Below are positions 1 through 10,011 of a stretch of 64,000 bases of DNA, one piece after another. The stretch spans positions 66,421 to 130,420 of the forward strand of contig JAVHQC010000030.1 of the NCBI GenBank assembly GCA_036170915.1, read 5' to 3'. The number at the start of each line of letters is the position of its first letter. Within the stretch, counting starts at the first letter, position 1. The notes under the pieces are model-generated. The model searched no databases, was not told the origin of the DNA, and was given only the letters and a program-made list of their open reading frames with translations. Source of the DNA: Cyanobacteria bacterium auto_48_18 (GTDB lineage: Bacteria > Cyanobacteriota > Vampirovibrionia > Obscuribacterales > Obscuribacteraceae). Made by a program: the position numbers and the translations under genes.

Positions 1-1956
1 CCTCGGAACAGCAACGTAGACTTAGTCACCTACAACAGATTAGTTGCTCAAGCTCTGATCGTCGGTAAGAACGCCGAAGTAGAAAACACTGCTCTTGCTA
101 GAGGCAATGCCAATTTTCTGGCCGGTCAAGTTAAGCAAGTTGGTTTAGAACTGAAAAGCAATCTCGAAGCTGCCGGTACTCTAGACGCTGACTTCACTGA
201 CATTGCCAGCAGAAATAACACAAAAATGTGGAATGGCAGCCCTGTCAATTTGAACGGACAAGTTGTCGCTGGCTACATGAAGAGAGGCAGTTCGACAAAC
301 GTTTACTTTGATCCAGCCACCCTTGCTGCTCTGGGCGGATGGCCTGGTCTGACATTGTCAGCTCAAGCATCTAAGGTTGGACCTCGGTACCTCGCCGGTT
401 ATGAAAACTTGACTGTAATGGGCAATCCTTTCATCATGGGCGTACCTGTACTGCCACAAACCAAGCCCCACTTGGTTGACCACGGACAATTCACTGCCAC
501 CGCCTTTGATGCCAACACTCCTCCTAACGCGTTCCGCACAAACGGACGTGCTCTAGAAGCTAAGTCTGGCAATATCGGTGGAACCGTTGCTTGTGCCATC
601 GTTGGTACCATCGACAAAGACTTCCAGGCCGTTATTCCTAGAGGCTACGTGCGAGTTCTTAACGGCAACGATGCCGTCGCCAACAATGGTGCACCAACCG
701 GAGTACCAGTAAGCAACGGCGACCAGGACATATTCAACCAGGAGTTGTTCAACTCACCTGGTATCATGCAAGCCAACAGCGCTGGCGGCAACCCTGTGTT
801 CACACACGACGGTAACCTCGGCGATGCTCAAACCAGATGGGCCGCATACGTAGCTACTCTCGGTAATTATCCTCGAGGCAGTCTTGGTTCTGATGGTGTC
901 ACCGTGAACAACACCACAGACGAACCTTCACCAAACTATGGTGCTGGTGACCCTGTTCTCTTCGCCGGCATCCAGAACATGATCTCCAATCCTGCTTTTG
1001 ACCTGCGCACAACTGGTGCTCCTGACAACTTTGCCGACTATGCTGATCTGATTGCCATGGGCAGAGCATCTGGTAGCACCACATGCATCTACACAATGTA
1101 CGATGACAGCTTGTCTACTTCTAGCCCTTGCGTAACCAGCCTTGATACTTGGACAACCAACTTCAGACGCAATCTCGGTGGCGTAGCTGCTGGAGGCGCA
1201 GTTCAACCTGGTGGCTTCACCAACGTTGAATTTATGAAAGCTGACTTGCTCGGCAAAATTGCTGGACGCGCTGGTGGTAGATTCTGCGCTAACGTTGCTG
1301 CTGCTGGCAGATCTGGAATCAAGGCCTGGCCTGAATCTGGTGGTCGTGTTCTGAAACCTGGTGTCCCTGGTTCTGCCATCCCTTACACAGGTGGTGCCAC
1401 CAAAGTTAACTACTTGAGCGTAGACACTACCTACAAGTATTTGACTCAGATGAATGGTGGCTTGAATCCTTGCAACGCTAATCCAATCATTGACGAAATG
1501 ACTAAGAGAATGCAGCAAGTTGAGCCTAGAGTGACTAGACCTGAAGTAGTTGCCGCACTTAGTGATCCAGCCTACCCTCTGACACTCGCCAATGGAGCTG
1601 GAACCGGCAAACTGTACTTGTACGTTGATCCATCCACACGTAGACCTAGAATGGGTACTTCACTTCCTTGGACAGACACCAACATAGCTGCTGACGGACC
1701 TTCCGCAGCCGGCTCCAACAAATGCGATAGCAGCTACCCACTGAACGGATGGGCTGTGAACACATACAAGGGCTACTCTGGTACGACTGGTGATGGCAAC
1801 TATCACGAGAATCCATTCACCAGACCAAACCCTGGCTCTGGACCATCAGGAACAGACAGCGCCCTCTGGCAAGCTAGCTCGGGTTACAACAACCTCCTCG
1901 GAGAATTGAAATTCGAACAAGTTACCGAAGGTGCCACTTTCTGCAAACCTAACTAA
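1..1956 (+). CDS. Large Gly/Asn/Thr-rich, probably secreted protein, 5'-truncated (possibly TadG/pilus-associated)
   Basis: The frame of ORF 226..1956 is open from base 1, so the gene starts upstream of the window. Composition and paired Cys suggest an extracellular protein. The family guess is weak. Confidence 0.6.
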   Translation, partial: PRNSNVDLVTYNRLVAQALIVGKNAEVENTALARGNANFLAGQVKQVGLELKSNLEAAGTLDADFTDIASRNNTKMWNGSPVNLNGQVVAGYMKRGSSTNVYFDPATLAALGGWPGLTLSAQASKVGPRYLAGYENLTVMGNPFIMGVPVLPQTKPHLVDHGQFTATAFDANTPPNAFRTNGRALEAKSGNIGGTVACAIVGTIDKDFQAVIPRGYVRVLNGNDAVANNGAPTGVPVSNGDQDIFNQELFNSPGIMQANSAGGNPVFTHDGNLGDAQTRWAAYVATLGNYPRGSLGSDGVTVNNTTDEPSPNYGAGDPVLFAGIQNMISNPAFDLRTTGAPDNFADYADLIAMGRASGSTTCIYTMYDDSLSTSSPCVTSLDTWTTNFRRNLGGVAAGGAVQPGGFTNVEFMKADLLGKIAGRAGGRFCANVAAAGRSGIKAWPESGGRVLKPGVPGSAIPYTGGATKVNYLSVDTTYKYLTQMNGGLNPCNANPIIDEMTKRMQQVEPRVTRPEVVAALSDPAYPLTLANGAGTGKLYLYVDPSTRRPRMGTSLPWTDTNIAADGPSAAGSNKCDSSYPLNGWAVNTYKGYSGTTGDGNYHENPFTRPNPGSGPSGTDSALWQASSGYNNLLGELKFEQVTEGATFCKPN

Positions 1957-1982
1957 TCCACAAAAAAGCCCACACCTTGAAT

Positions 1983-2016
1983 CGACCGCTTCTATAATTA
2001 AAGAGGCGGTCGTTTC
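1983..2016 (+). terminator. Putative intrinsic terminator hairpin
   Basis: cgaccgcttct / agaggcggtcg stem followed by ttt, just after the stop at 1956. Confidence 0.55.
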
Positions 2017-2101
2017 ATTACTATCAATCCATGGCATTAAGCATGTAGCAGCGTCGGGCACCTGGCACGAGACCTGGCATGAGTATTAGGAGGTAAATCA
2101 A

Positions 2102-2587
2102 GTGTTTAAAAGCTCTTTAGCCAAAGCGGGTTCGTTGTCAAAACCGGCTTTAGCCATTGCCCTGGTGATTGCAAGCAGCTCGCTTGCAGCCTTTGCTCAA
2201 CAAAATAATCAGCCGCCAGGCAGTTCAACATCATCTGGTTCACCAGATAAACTCAAAGAAAAAGTAACCGTTCCCGAATTGCCTGAATACACAGGTAAAT
2301 CAAAATATTTGCATGGCCTTGTTTACCCAAGCAACCCTGATAACAAAAAGGGACCTACCTACGTAATGGTCTTCAACACCAAAGAAACAGAAAGTCAAGT
2401 GCATGACTGGTGGCTGAATAGCTTGAGACAATACAAATGGAATATCACTTACACATCTGCTGATGTAGTTCAGGGCACCAATAAAGATGGCAGCAGTTGC
2501 ATCGTGCAAATTGGTGGACCGGTGATTGGACAAGCTAAAGATGATCGGGCGAGTTATGTGATCAGATATCAGGCTGGAAAACCGTAG
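2102..2587 (+). CDS. Hypothetical secreted protein
   Basis: 161-aa ORF, aggagg RBS, signal peptide ending AFA-QQ. Confidence 0.75.
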   Translation: MFKSSLAKAGSLSKPALAIALVIASSSLAAFAQQNNQPPGSSTSSGSPDKLKEKVTVPELPEYTGKSKYLHGLVYPSNPDNKKGPTYVMVFNTKETESQVHDWWLNSLRQYKWNITYTSADVVQGTNKDGSSCIVQIGGPVIGQAKDDRASYVIRYQAGKP

Positions 2588-2825
2588 TCAGTTATCGAGT
2601 TGCTGATAACTGATTTGCCACGGCGAGCTGATTCCAATATGGTGCAAACTTGACGTCGCCAAGCGATAAATACCAGTGAAAACCCTGTAGTTTGATCTAT
2701 GCAGGTGGCGTTAAGATGACTCTTAACTCGCCGCCGTATCTCGCGAATACCGAGAAAGATTAACCACTTGCACGGCGGCAACCTTTGAAACTAGCTACTG
2801 ATTGTTCAAGTCCTCTAGCTAATTA

Positions 2826-3617
2826 TTAGTCTTCTACGAAAGCCACTACCCTGGCTGGTGCCGCGCTGGCGCCTACGATTTTAAGCGGGAAGAATGCAAC
2901 CTTAAAGCCATGTGGTGGCAACTCCTTTAAGTTGGCCAGTTGTTGCACCACGTAAAACCGATACTGGCGCATGGCAAAATGAGCGTCCCATATGCGGCTC
3001 TTGTCGCCACTCTTCTGATAATCGGCAATCATAATGTGAAATGGTCTATCCCAACCAAGAGCGTCGGTGCCACCAACCAGTGCACCACACTCCGCAAGAT
3101 ATGTAGCCGATTCGGCAGTCAGACCCGGGTAGTTGTAACGCATAGGTTCTGTAAGCGGCATTAGATCGTGATCAGTACGCAAAAGCACTGCATCACGCGG
3201 TTTAATTTGATAATCAATCTTTTCTAGCGCCGCTTTCAGATCATCAACGGTGATACCAGCACCGGTTGCTTTAAGAGCGGTTAAATCGAGCACTACGCCA
3301 TTCAAATAAAGCTCTTCAAGGGGAATTTGATCCACAGTAAGCGCACTCTCTTTTGCTGTTTTGCTGCCGTAATGCCAGGGAGCGTCTACATGAGTACCCA
3401 GGTGAGTACTGATGCTCAAATTCTCTTCTGCCCAACCCTCACCTTCAGGCAAATCGCTTTCGGGGCAACCAAACAAATGCGACATTATTTTGGCGCCGTG
3501 AGCATGGCCGACAAACTCAATTTGCGGGCAAACAATGCGGTAGAGCGGTTTAAGCACATCGGGAAATTCGCTGATATCAATTTGTTCAAGGGCTCTCGTC
3601 AGGTCAACAAGTTTCAT
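2826..3617 (-). CDS. Cyclase family metal-dependent hydrolase (kynurenine formamidase-like)
   Basis: HLGTHVDAPWH (HxGTHxDxPxH) motif and C-terminal PLKI..AAPARVVA. ATG at 3617 follows a purine-rich RBS. Confidence 0.85.
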   Translation of the reverse strand: MKLVDLTRALEQIDISEFPDVLKPLYRIVCPQIEFVGHAHGAKIMSHLFGCPESDLPEGEGWAEENLSISTHLGTHVDAPWHYGSKTAKESALTVDQIPLEELYLNGVVLDLTALKATGAGITVDDLKAALEKIDYQIKPRDAVLLRTDHDLMPLTEPMRYNYPGLTAESATYLAECGALVGGTDALGWDRPFHIMIADYQKSGDKSRIWDAHFAMRQYRFYVVQQLANLKELPPHGFKVAFFPLKIVGASAAPARVVAFVED

Positions 3618-3855
3618 GGATTCCCCTTTTAAAAGGCTCAAAGTTTGAATATTAAGACAAGCTTATCTAATTGAATACGCATGTTGGAAACTGCTTTAAT
3701 AGAAAAGTAGTGCACCAGAAGAGTGTCGCTACTTATGCACTCAGCACCGCTCCTGCAGCGGTTATCGTCGTGCTCTATTCAATTGGATTGTGCACTCACA
3801 TAGTAAACGGTTCGCCAATGCTCGGCGAGCACTCAGAACAAAAAAGGTGACTTAG

Positions 3856-4845
3856 ATGCAAGCTTTAGCAAAACAAAATCAAGGCTCGTCGGCTGCAGCA
3901 AAACTGGCCGGCAGATCACTGCGAAATCGAAAAGCAAAACCATCATTTGATCTCGACCGCATTGAAAATGAAGGCGAGATATTAGAAAAGTCAGAATTTA
4001 TCAACATCACACCTGAGGGTCAATGTGATGAAGCACTGGCTGCCTACTTAAAAGACATGGGTCGCTATCCGCTGCTCACTAAAGAACAAGAAATCGACCT
4101 GGCTAAGCAGGCTAGAGATGGCAATGAACTGGCTAAACGTCGCCTGGCGCAATCTAACTTGCGTCTTGTGGTCAGCATTGCTAAGCGTTTTATCGGACGC
4201 GGACTGCCAATGGGAGATTTGATTCAGGAAGGCAATCTGGGGCTATTGCGAGCCGTAGAAAAGTTTGACCCCGACCGCGGGTTCCGCTTCTCTACTTACG
4301 CAACCTGGTGGATACGTCAGAGCTGTTCTCGAGCGGTTCAGGATAAAGGCCACACCATTCGCATTCCTGTGCACATGAGCGAAACTGTGCAAAAGATCAA
4401 TGCAGCGGCACGCGATTTCTTTTTGCGTGAAGGCCGCCGTGCTTCAAGCAGCGAACTGGCTGCCGAAGCAGGTTTAGGTGAAGGTAAACTGAACGCGCTA
4501 CTGTTGTCGATTCAGGAGCCTGTATCTCTTGATGCTGCGACTTCAGAAGAAGGAGATGCGTTGATTGACCAGCTAGCCGATCAAGATCACCTTGCCACCG
4601 AGGATGATGCCACAATTAAACTCTGCCGCCAGGACGTGCAAAATCTGGTGCGACGTTTGAGCTCTGGCGAATCAGATGTTATTCGCTTGCGCTACGGTCT
4701 CGATAATGGTGTGCCATTGACGGCAGTGAAAGTGGCCAAGGTACTGAATATAAGCGACGACAGAGTCAGGCAACTGGAAGGCAGAGCAATTCTCAAACTG
4801 CGCAATATGGATCAGTCGGGCAGCTTGAGAGATTATTTGAAATAA
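3856..4845 (+). CDS. RpoD/SigA-family (group 2-like) sigma-70 factor
   Basis: [11 protein letters not shown] (region 1.2), [33 protein letters not shown], region 4 HTH RVRQLE. No region 1.1. Confidence 0.92.
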   Translation: MQALAKQNQGSSAAAKLAGRSLRNRKAKPSFDLDRIENEGEILEKSEFINITPEGQCDEALAAYLKDMGRYPLLTKEQEIDLAKQARDGNELAKRRLAQSNLRLVVSIAKRFIGRGLPMGDLIQEGNLGLLRAVEKFDPDRGFRFSTYATWWIRQSCSRAVQDKGHTIRIPVHMSETVQKINAAARDFFLREGRRASSSELAAEAGLGEGKLNALLLSIQEPVSLDAATSEEGDALIDQLADQDHLATEDDATIKLCRQDVQNLVRRLSSGESDVIRLRYGLDNGVPLTAVKVAKVLNISDDRVRQLEGRAILKLRNMDQSGSLRDYLK

Positions 4846-4881
4846 CTTTTTCAAATAGCTGCTCCAATAACCTGGAAGAAC

Positions 4882-4913
4882 AAAAAAGCCTCGCTCACCG
4901 CGAGGCTTTTTTT
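4882..4913. terminator. Bidirectional intrinsic terminator
   Basis: aaaaaagcctcgc-tcacc-gcgaggcttttttt between convergent genes. Confidence 0.85.
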
Positions 4914-4939
4914 ATTCTTTGAGACTAAGTCTGTTGAAT

Positions 4940-5065
4940 CTAAAACTCAGCCACTAGACCAAATGAGGCAATCAAAAGAATAAAGACGAAATAGAGAATG
5001 AAGAACCAGGTCCATCTGTAAATGATGTCGACTTCAGTCAGTTTTTTTGCTTTCTCTGGTGGCAT
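4940..5065 (-). CDS. 41-aa single-TM membrane peptide, last gene of the respiratory operon (not in the ORF track)
   Basis: Manual translation MPPEKAKKLTEVDIIYRWTWFFILYFVFILLIASFGLVAEF*. AGGAGA RBS at 5075-5080 on the minus strand. Lies between the MvhD-like gene and the terminator. Confidence 0.75.
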   Translation of the reverse strand: MPPEKAKKLTEVDIIYRWTWFFILYFVFILLIASFGLVAEF

Positions 5066-5090
5066 AGTCTAATTTCTCCTTCTTCAATAA

Positions 5091-5513
5091 TTATTTTGCG
5101 GCCGGTTTAGCAGCGGCAGCTGGTTCAACCGGAAGCTTGCGCACGAAGCTTACGAATTCTTTGGCTTCAGCCAAAAATCTATCTTTCTGAGGACGGGAGA
5201 GCCAGAGAGCGAGCACGCGACGACGATCAACTGTTTTCTTCAAACCTGGTGGTCGTTGTCCAAGAAGACGTTCGCGAATCATGCGGTTGCCTTCGCGATA
5301 ATAACAATCGCCAATCTGACAACCGGTAACGATCACACCAGCAGCACCAGATTTCATCGCCGCTTCAATCATCAGCGGTTGAATCATGCCGCTACATGGC
5401 AATTTGACTACATGCAGGCCATCAATTTCTTTCACTTCGCCCTGGGCGGTGCAAACTGAATCGAGATCAGCAGCACGTTCGCAGATGAGAGTGATTACTT
5501 TTTGTTCGGACAT
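5091..5513 (-). CDS. MvhD/FlpD-like [2Fe-2S] protein (hydrogenase iron-sulfur subunit family)
   Basis: LICE, KLPCSGMIQP and GVIVTGCQIGDCYYREGN motifs. Confidence 0.88.
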   Translation of the reverse strand: MSEQKVITLICERAADLDSVCTAQGEVKEIDGLHVVKLPCSGMIQPLMIEAAMKSGAAGVIVTGCQIGDCYYREGNRMIRERLLGQRPPGLKKTVDRRRVLALWLSRPQKDRFLAEAKEFVSFVRKLPVEPAAAAKPAAK

Positions 5514-5556
5514 TACCTGTGTACCTTTGTTGTTTGTGACCCTAAGCTACTGTCTT

Positions 5557-6723
5557 TTATGCACCGGGTTTAGCTTCAGCCAGAGCCCGAATTTGAGCAG
5601 TGACATCAGTATCGAGCAAGTTCGGCAAGTCAATGGCATCGAAAGCACATGCACCCACGCAAACTCCGCAAGCAGAGCAACGGTATGGTTTGACGGTGGC
5701 CAGCAGTTTGAATCTTGAACCAGCTGGTGCCGGCACCATTTCAATGGCCTGATAAGGGCAATCGAATGAGCAGAGGCTACAGCCGACGCATTTTGTCAGC
5801 ACCACTTCTGCAGCCTCAATAGGGTTAGCGGCTTTGTACAAATTAGGCAGCGGCACCAGAACTAAACCGATGGTGGCACCAATCATCAGCACCCAATAGG
5901 TGACGAGATCAACATGGGCCATCAGCCAGTAAGGGAAGAGGAAGAACCAGTCGATATCAAAGCTGGTTGGAGCTGAGTTGATATCGGCCATTTTGCCGCT
6001 GGTGATTGGAAAAGCAAATACAAAGAGCAAGAGTACAGCCATGAGCATATAGTTGATGGCTGGTGGTGGCGTAATTACTGGTCTGGTCATGCGCACATAG
6101 TGCATCCACAAACCAAACAACAAAGTGAAAGACAAACCGATGTGAATAAAGAGGAAGTTTGAAAGTGTCAGGTTTGTAATGGCGGTGCCATTCAAGAACC
6201 ATGCTTTAAGACCAGGCCCGACTACAGGCAGAGCATCAAAAGCACTTACAGTCATACGGGTCAAAACTAATGAACGCTCGTCCCAAACCAGGTAATAACC
6301 GGTTTGACCGACAAAGAGCACCATCAGCAGTAGCACGATACCTGTCACCCACTGAATCCAGCGGTATTGACGGTAGCGGTCTGTCACCCAAACACGCAAA
6401 GCGTGCAACACAATCGTAATCACCATGGCATCACCGGCGTAACGGTGGATACCACGAATAACCGCACCCATAGGCAACTTGTCGGTAATGTAGTCAACCG
6501 ATGTCCAGGCGTTGACTAGATTGGCAGAGAAATAAGCATTATCGATGGTGGGAATGTAATAAGCGAAAAGCAAAAGACCTGAGAGGAATAAGACCCACAG
6601 GTAGAACTGAGGCAGAGCGCCGTGATAATAGAAAGGATTGTACTTATTGCTGATGACAGCATTAGTGCCTTTCTCAATTGTCAGCGCTAAGTCGGTCAGG
6701 CCTTTAGGTATCGACGTGTACAT
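5557..6723 (-). CDS. Cytochrome b (second copy) fused to a C-terminal 2x[4Fe-4S] ferredoxin domain
   Basis: RGIHRY-x-LHALR and FIHIG-x-WMHY give four His at 14-residue spacing; GYYLVWD; IDWFF; CVGCSLCSFDCP and CSACGVCVGACA. Start is ATG 6723 or the ORF-track start 6747. Confidence 0.88.
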   Translation of the reverse strand: MYTSIPKGLTDLALTIEKGTNAVISNKYNPFYYHGALPQFYLWVLFLSGLLLFAYYIPTIDNAYFSANLVNAWTSVDYITDKLPMGAVIRGIHRYAGDAMVITIVLHALRVWVTDRYRQYRWIQWVTGIVLLLMVLFVGQTGYYLVWDERSLVLTRMTVSAFDALPVVGPGLKAWFLNGTAITNLTLSNFLFIHIGLSFTLLFGLWMHYVRMTRPVITPPPAINYMLMAVLLLFVFAFPITSGKMADINSAPTSFDIDWFFLFPYWLMAHVDLVTYWVLMIGATIGLVLVPLPNLYKAANPIEAAEVVLTKCVGCSLCSFDCPYQAIEMVPAPAGSRFKLLATVKPYRCSACGVCVGACAFDAIDLPNLLDTDVTAQIRALAEAKPGA

Positions 6724-6769
6724 GATGCGGAACTCCCGTTCAACCAACCAATTAAATTACTTAAGTGGC

Positions 6770-7123
6770 TTATTTCTTAACCGGCAAAATAGTTTTTTCT
6801 TCGGCTTCTTCACGGCCGACAGCTGCAATACCAATGGCGGCCGCGATCATGGCCACACCCATAACGAGCGAATAAGCATAGTCACCATAACGTGACTCTG
6901 CTCCTGATTTTTTCAAATATTCAGTCCAAGAAGCTCCCATACTTGCTACTTGATCATAGTTAGGCAAGGGCAAAAAGAAATTCTCATTTGTCCATCTGAG
7001 CCAGAGCGGCCAGTTATCGAAAGCACCATTCATGCCAAGCTCAGCCCAGGGCATTAGCCCCGTGCATGCCAGGCATACGACAGCTCCTACGACTACTAGA
7101 ACAACGTTAATTGTCTTATCCAC
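6770..7123 (-). CDS. Small 2-TM membrane protein in the respiratory operon
   Basis: Two hydrophobic helices. A GTG start with an AAGGA RBS overlaps the upstream stop. Confidence 0.7.
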   Translation of the reverse strand: MDKTINVVLVVVGAVVCLACTGLMPWAELGMNGAFDNWPLWLRWTNENFFLPLPNYDQVASMGASWTEYLKKSGAESRYGDYAYSLVMGVAMIAAAIGIAAVGREEAEEKTILPVKK

Positions 7124-7553
7124 GGTCGATCCTTTCTTGTGCTTCAGAATCTGATGACTTTTCACCAGCGCTTTTGTTCACGCTTGCTAGTTTGTAATAT
7201 ATTTTGTCGAATAGAGGAATTTTGCGAGTGCCGTCATTTTTCGATTTTTCCTCGGCATAGATAAAGAAGGCTTGCACACCGATTAAGGCTACAGTGAGAA
7301 CACTGCCGGCTATGACATATGCCACCGCAGACAGTGACAAACCATTCTGAATTTCTCTTGTGCCTTCAAAAAACCATGACAGAGTAATCACCGAAAAAAC
7401 AAAAGCGACAAGCTTCAATGACAGTTTGATTTTGAAAGTAGGCTTGCCATGAGAAGCGCCGGGATCTTTTTCAGACCCGCCATGGCTTTTAATTTCGGCG
7501 ACGCTTCTCACTTGAGACTTCTTCTCTCCATTGTTCTTATCTTGCTTAGACAC
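7116..7553 (-). CDS. Small 2-TM membrane protein in the respiratory operon
   Basis: 145-aa ORF directly abutting the cytochrome b stop, with two hydrophobic segments. Confidence 0.7.
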   Translation of the reverse strand: MSKQDKNNGEKKSQVRSVAEIKSHGGSEKDPGASHGKPTFKIKLSLKLVAFVFSVITLSWFFEGTREIQNGLSLSAVAYVIAGSVLTVALIGVQAFFIYAEEKSKNDGTRKIPLFDKIYYKLASVNKSAGEKSSDSEAQERIDRG

Positions 7554-9425
7554 CTAAGCTGCTGCCACCGGAGCGGCAGGTTTAGGCGCTTCGGCCAGAC
7601 TCTTTTTCACCATATTGGCTTGGAAGGCTGCAAGCAAGCAGGCTACACCAGCCAGCGGTCCACCAATCATCCACCACCAGTCCACAGGCGGCACGGTGAG
7701 CGGATATCCGCCCTTAACCAGGCCAGGAGTGAGTCTATCCACCAGGGTGCAATAGTCCCAGGTCCAGCGGTTGTTGACCATGAAGTCAATTATGCTGATG
7801 TATTCAGGGTGAGGCCCTTTAACAGGATCGGTAAATTTGATGGCACTAAAGGCACCATTAGGTCCTGCTGGTGTTTCAAAGGTTGGAATAAAGCGAGTAA
7901 CGATATCGAGAGGTCCCTTGGTCTGACAAAGTCTTGCAAGTTCTTCAAGATCAGCTTTAGCAGCCGGCTCACCCAACACTTTGACATAGCCAGGATCAAG
8001 AGTAACGTGATAATTCCAGTACTCTTTGTTAACCGGCACGCCTGAATTTTTCGTACTGTGCAGTTTGCGCACAATTGCTTCCACTTTATCTGCGGTATCA
8101 CCCATGGTGGGTCTGGCAATGCCGTAGAGTGCAGCGTGACCCATAGGGTCAATGAACATTTCAGTGAGGGCCATATAGTAGTAGGTGTAGCCCACGAAGG
8201 TCTGAATGGCGCAGATGGCAAACATAATCATGGCGGGCATAAAGCCTTTGGCTTTTTCCTGCATATTTTTGTTAGTCAGCATCAGCACTGCCTGCCAGAT
8301 AATACCGATGTCGATAGTACCGTAGAGGAAGGTGCGCCAGAATGGCGGGTCATAGTGAATATCGGCAATGTTGACGATAATCAAATAAGAGAAAACAATC
8401 CAGCAAGCCGCTCCCATAAAGGTGAGCATGAGAATAAACGGCCGCTTCATGATGTTCTTTTCGTGACCGGTAATGGCTGAGTCTAAGAAAGGCAAAGCAA
8501 TTACTGATACAGGAATAATCATGGTGATGTATGTTGCCACCACCGGCTCCAGATACTTGTACATCTGATACAAGCCAAGGAAATACCAGTCAGAAAGAAT
8601 CGGCAACGGAGTGACATCTGGATCTGACCGTGAACCTTGAGCGGCTGGGAGCGCGACTGCCACAAAAGCAATCATCAAAATTAGAACCCAACGCTTTGTC
8701 CAGTTCAAAGGCACCCGCACATAAGCATTGTGGAAGAAGTAGATTTCCACAAAAATCAGCGGTATCAATGAAAAGGCCAGGTGCAGTGAGAAGAATCTAG
8801 TCATGGTGTTCTGAGTAATAGCAGCACCACCACCAAGCAAGACTTCGGCTGTATTCCAACCTAAGTGCAATGATTTATAGAGAGGCTGATAGAAGTCGCC
8901 CATGACGGCGAACTGATCCATATAAGTCGGGAAAGTAGCAAATACCTTGGTCGCCCAGAAGGCGCGCTGATTCCAGATCAATAGATATCCCGACAGTCCT
9001 GAATACATGGCGAGAAGCAAAGTCACCAGAGCAATGGCGATATTGAATTCTTTCGATGGTTTGTAATCGGCATTGATAAACATGCGATAGAGGCGCATGG
9101 TGGCAGCGATGATCATGGCGTCTGCACCATACTTGTGCATGCCTCGCATCAGCCCGCCAATCGGGATGCCGTTTTGAATATTGAGAATCGAATCGAAGGC
9201 AGCTGACTTAGTGGGCACGTACCACATGATTAAAATCAGGCCAGTGGCCATGACTATGAACCAGACCAGATAGAAAATTGGCCCTAGTGCATAGAAAGGG
9301 TTGGTTCTCGCTTCGACCTGGTGATGCTCATCGAAAATATCGATGTTGTTGATGCGAGTTTTAACCCAGTCACCAGCAGCAGTGAGAGTGCTCGCAATGC
9401 TTTTATCTTGTACTGAACTAGGCAA
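7554..9425 (-). CDS. petB: Cytochrome b (first copy; b6 + subunit IV-like fusion with C-terminal extension), heme bH ligands absent
   Basis: RGMHKYG, SGYLLIWNQRAFWA, TRFFSLH and PILSDWYFLGLY (PEWY-like). Probable TTG start at 9425 with a GGAGG RBS. Confidence 0.88.
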   Translation of the reverse strand: MPSSVQDKSIASTLTAAGDWVKTRINNIDIFDEHHQVEARTNPFYALGPIFYLVWFIVMATGLILIMWYVPTKSAAFDSILNIQNGIPIGGLMRGMHKYGADAMIIAATMRLYRMFINADYKPSKEFNIAIALVTLLLAMYSGLSGYLLIWNQRAFWATKVFATFPTYMDQFAVMGDFYQPLYKSLHLGWNTAEVLLGGGAAITQNTMTRFFSLHLAFSLIPLIFVEIYFFHNAYVRVPLNWTKRWVLILMIAFVAVALPAAQGSRSDPDVTPLPILSDWYFLGLYQMYKYLEPVVATYITMIIPVSVIALPFLDSAITGHEKNIMKRPFILMLTFMGAACWIVFSYLIIVNIADIHYDPPFWRTFLYGTIDIGIIWQAVLMLTNKNMQEKAKGFMPAMIMFAICAIQTFVGYTYYYMALTEMFIDPMGHAALYGIARPTMGDTADKVEAIVRKLHSTKNSGVPVNKEYWNYHVTLDPGYVKVLGEPAAKADLEELARLCQTKGPLDIVTRFIPTFETPAGPNGAFSAIKFTDPVKGPHPEYISIIDFMVNNRWTWDYCTLVDRLTPGLVKGGYPLTVPPVDWWWMIGGPLAGVACLLAAFQANMVKKSLAEAPKPAAPVAAA

Positions 9426-9987
9426 TTGAACCAGCCTCCAACGCAACCACTTGATACGTTTCGCCTACTCTCTTGATCTCAAATTTCCGCGGTGGACGTG
9501 GTGCAGGACCGCTCACCACTTTACCGGCCTGAGCAATATCGTAGACGCTCAAGTGGCATGGGCAGGCAAACACTGGGCCAGCGGGTTTGAAGTTGTAACC
9601 TTTAGCGCATTCATCAGGATCTTTGACGAAATTGAAGATGCAACCAAGGTGCGGACAGATGCGGCTGTAGGCCACCACATCACCAGTGGGCAATTTGACG
9701 ATGAAACCAGGAATTTTGCGAATTTCAGCGCCTTCAGGGTTGTACTCAACGTACTTCTGATTGAACATGAAAGGCAGGCAGGTCCATGGATCTGGAAAAT
9801 CTTTGTCTGTGTATGTAGGAATCGGCGGCTCGGCCAATGGTTGGTCTGATTCACCAAGAATGTCGAGCGGCTTTAGTGTCGGTCTGAGATATCTGAGAAA
9901 CGGTGATATCAACAGCCCGAACGTGGCGGCCAGCGGTAAGGCTGCTACCGTCTTTAATATGACCCTTCTTCTAACTCCGTCTTCCAT
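9418..9987 (-). CDS. petC: Rieske [2Fe-2S] protein of the cytochrome bc complex
   Basis: Tat-like RRRVILK plus TM anchor; CPHLGC and CPCHLS boxes; GPAPRP. Confidence 0.93.
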   Translation of the reverse strand: MEDGVRRRVILKTVAALPLAATFGLLISPFLRYLRPTLKPLDILGESDQPLAEPPIPTYTDKDFPDPWTCLPFMFNQKYVEYNPEGAEIRKIPGFIVKLPTGDVVAYSRICPHLGCIFNFVKDPDECAKGYNFKPAGPVFACPCHLSVYDIAQAGKVVSGPAPRPPRKFEIKRVGETYQVVALEAGSIA

Positions 9988-10011
9988 TGTCTTTTTCCTG
10001 ATCTGAATGGG

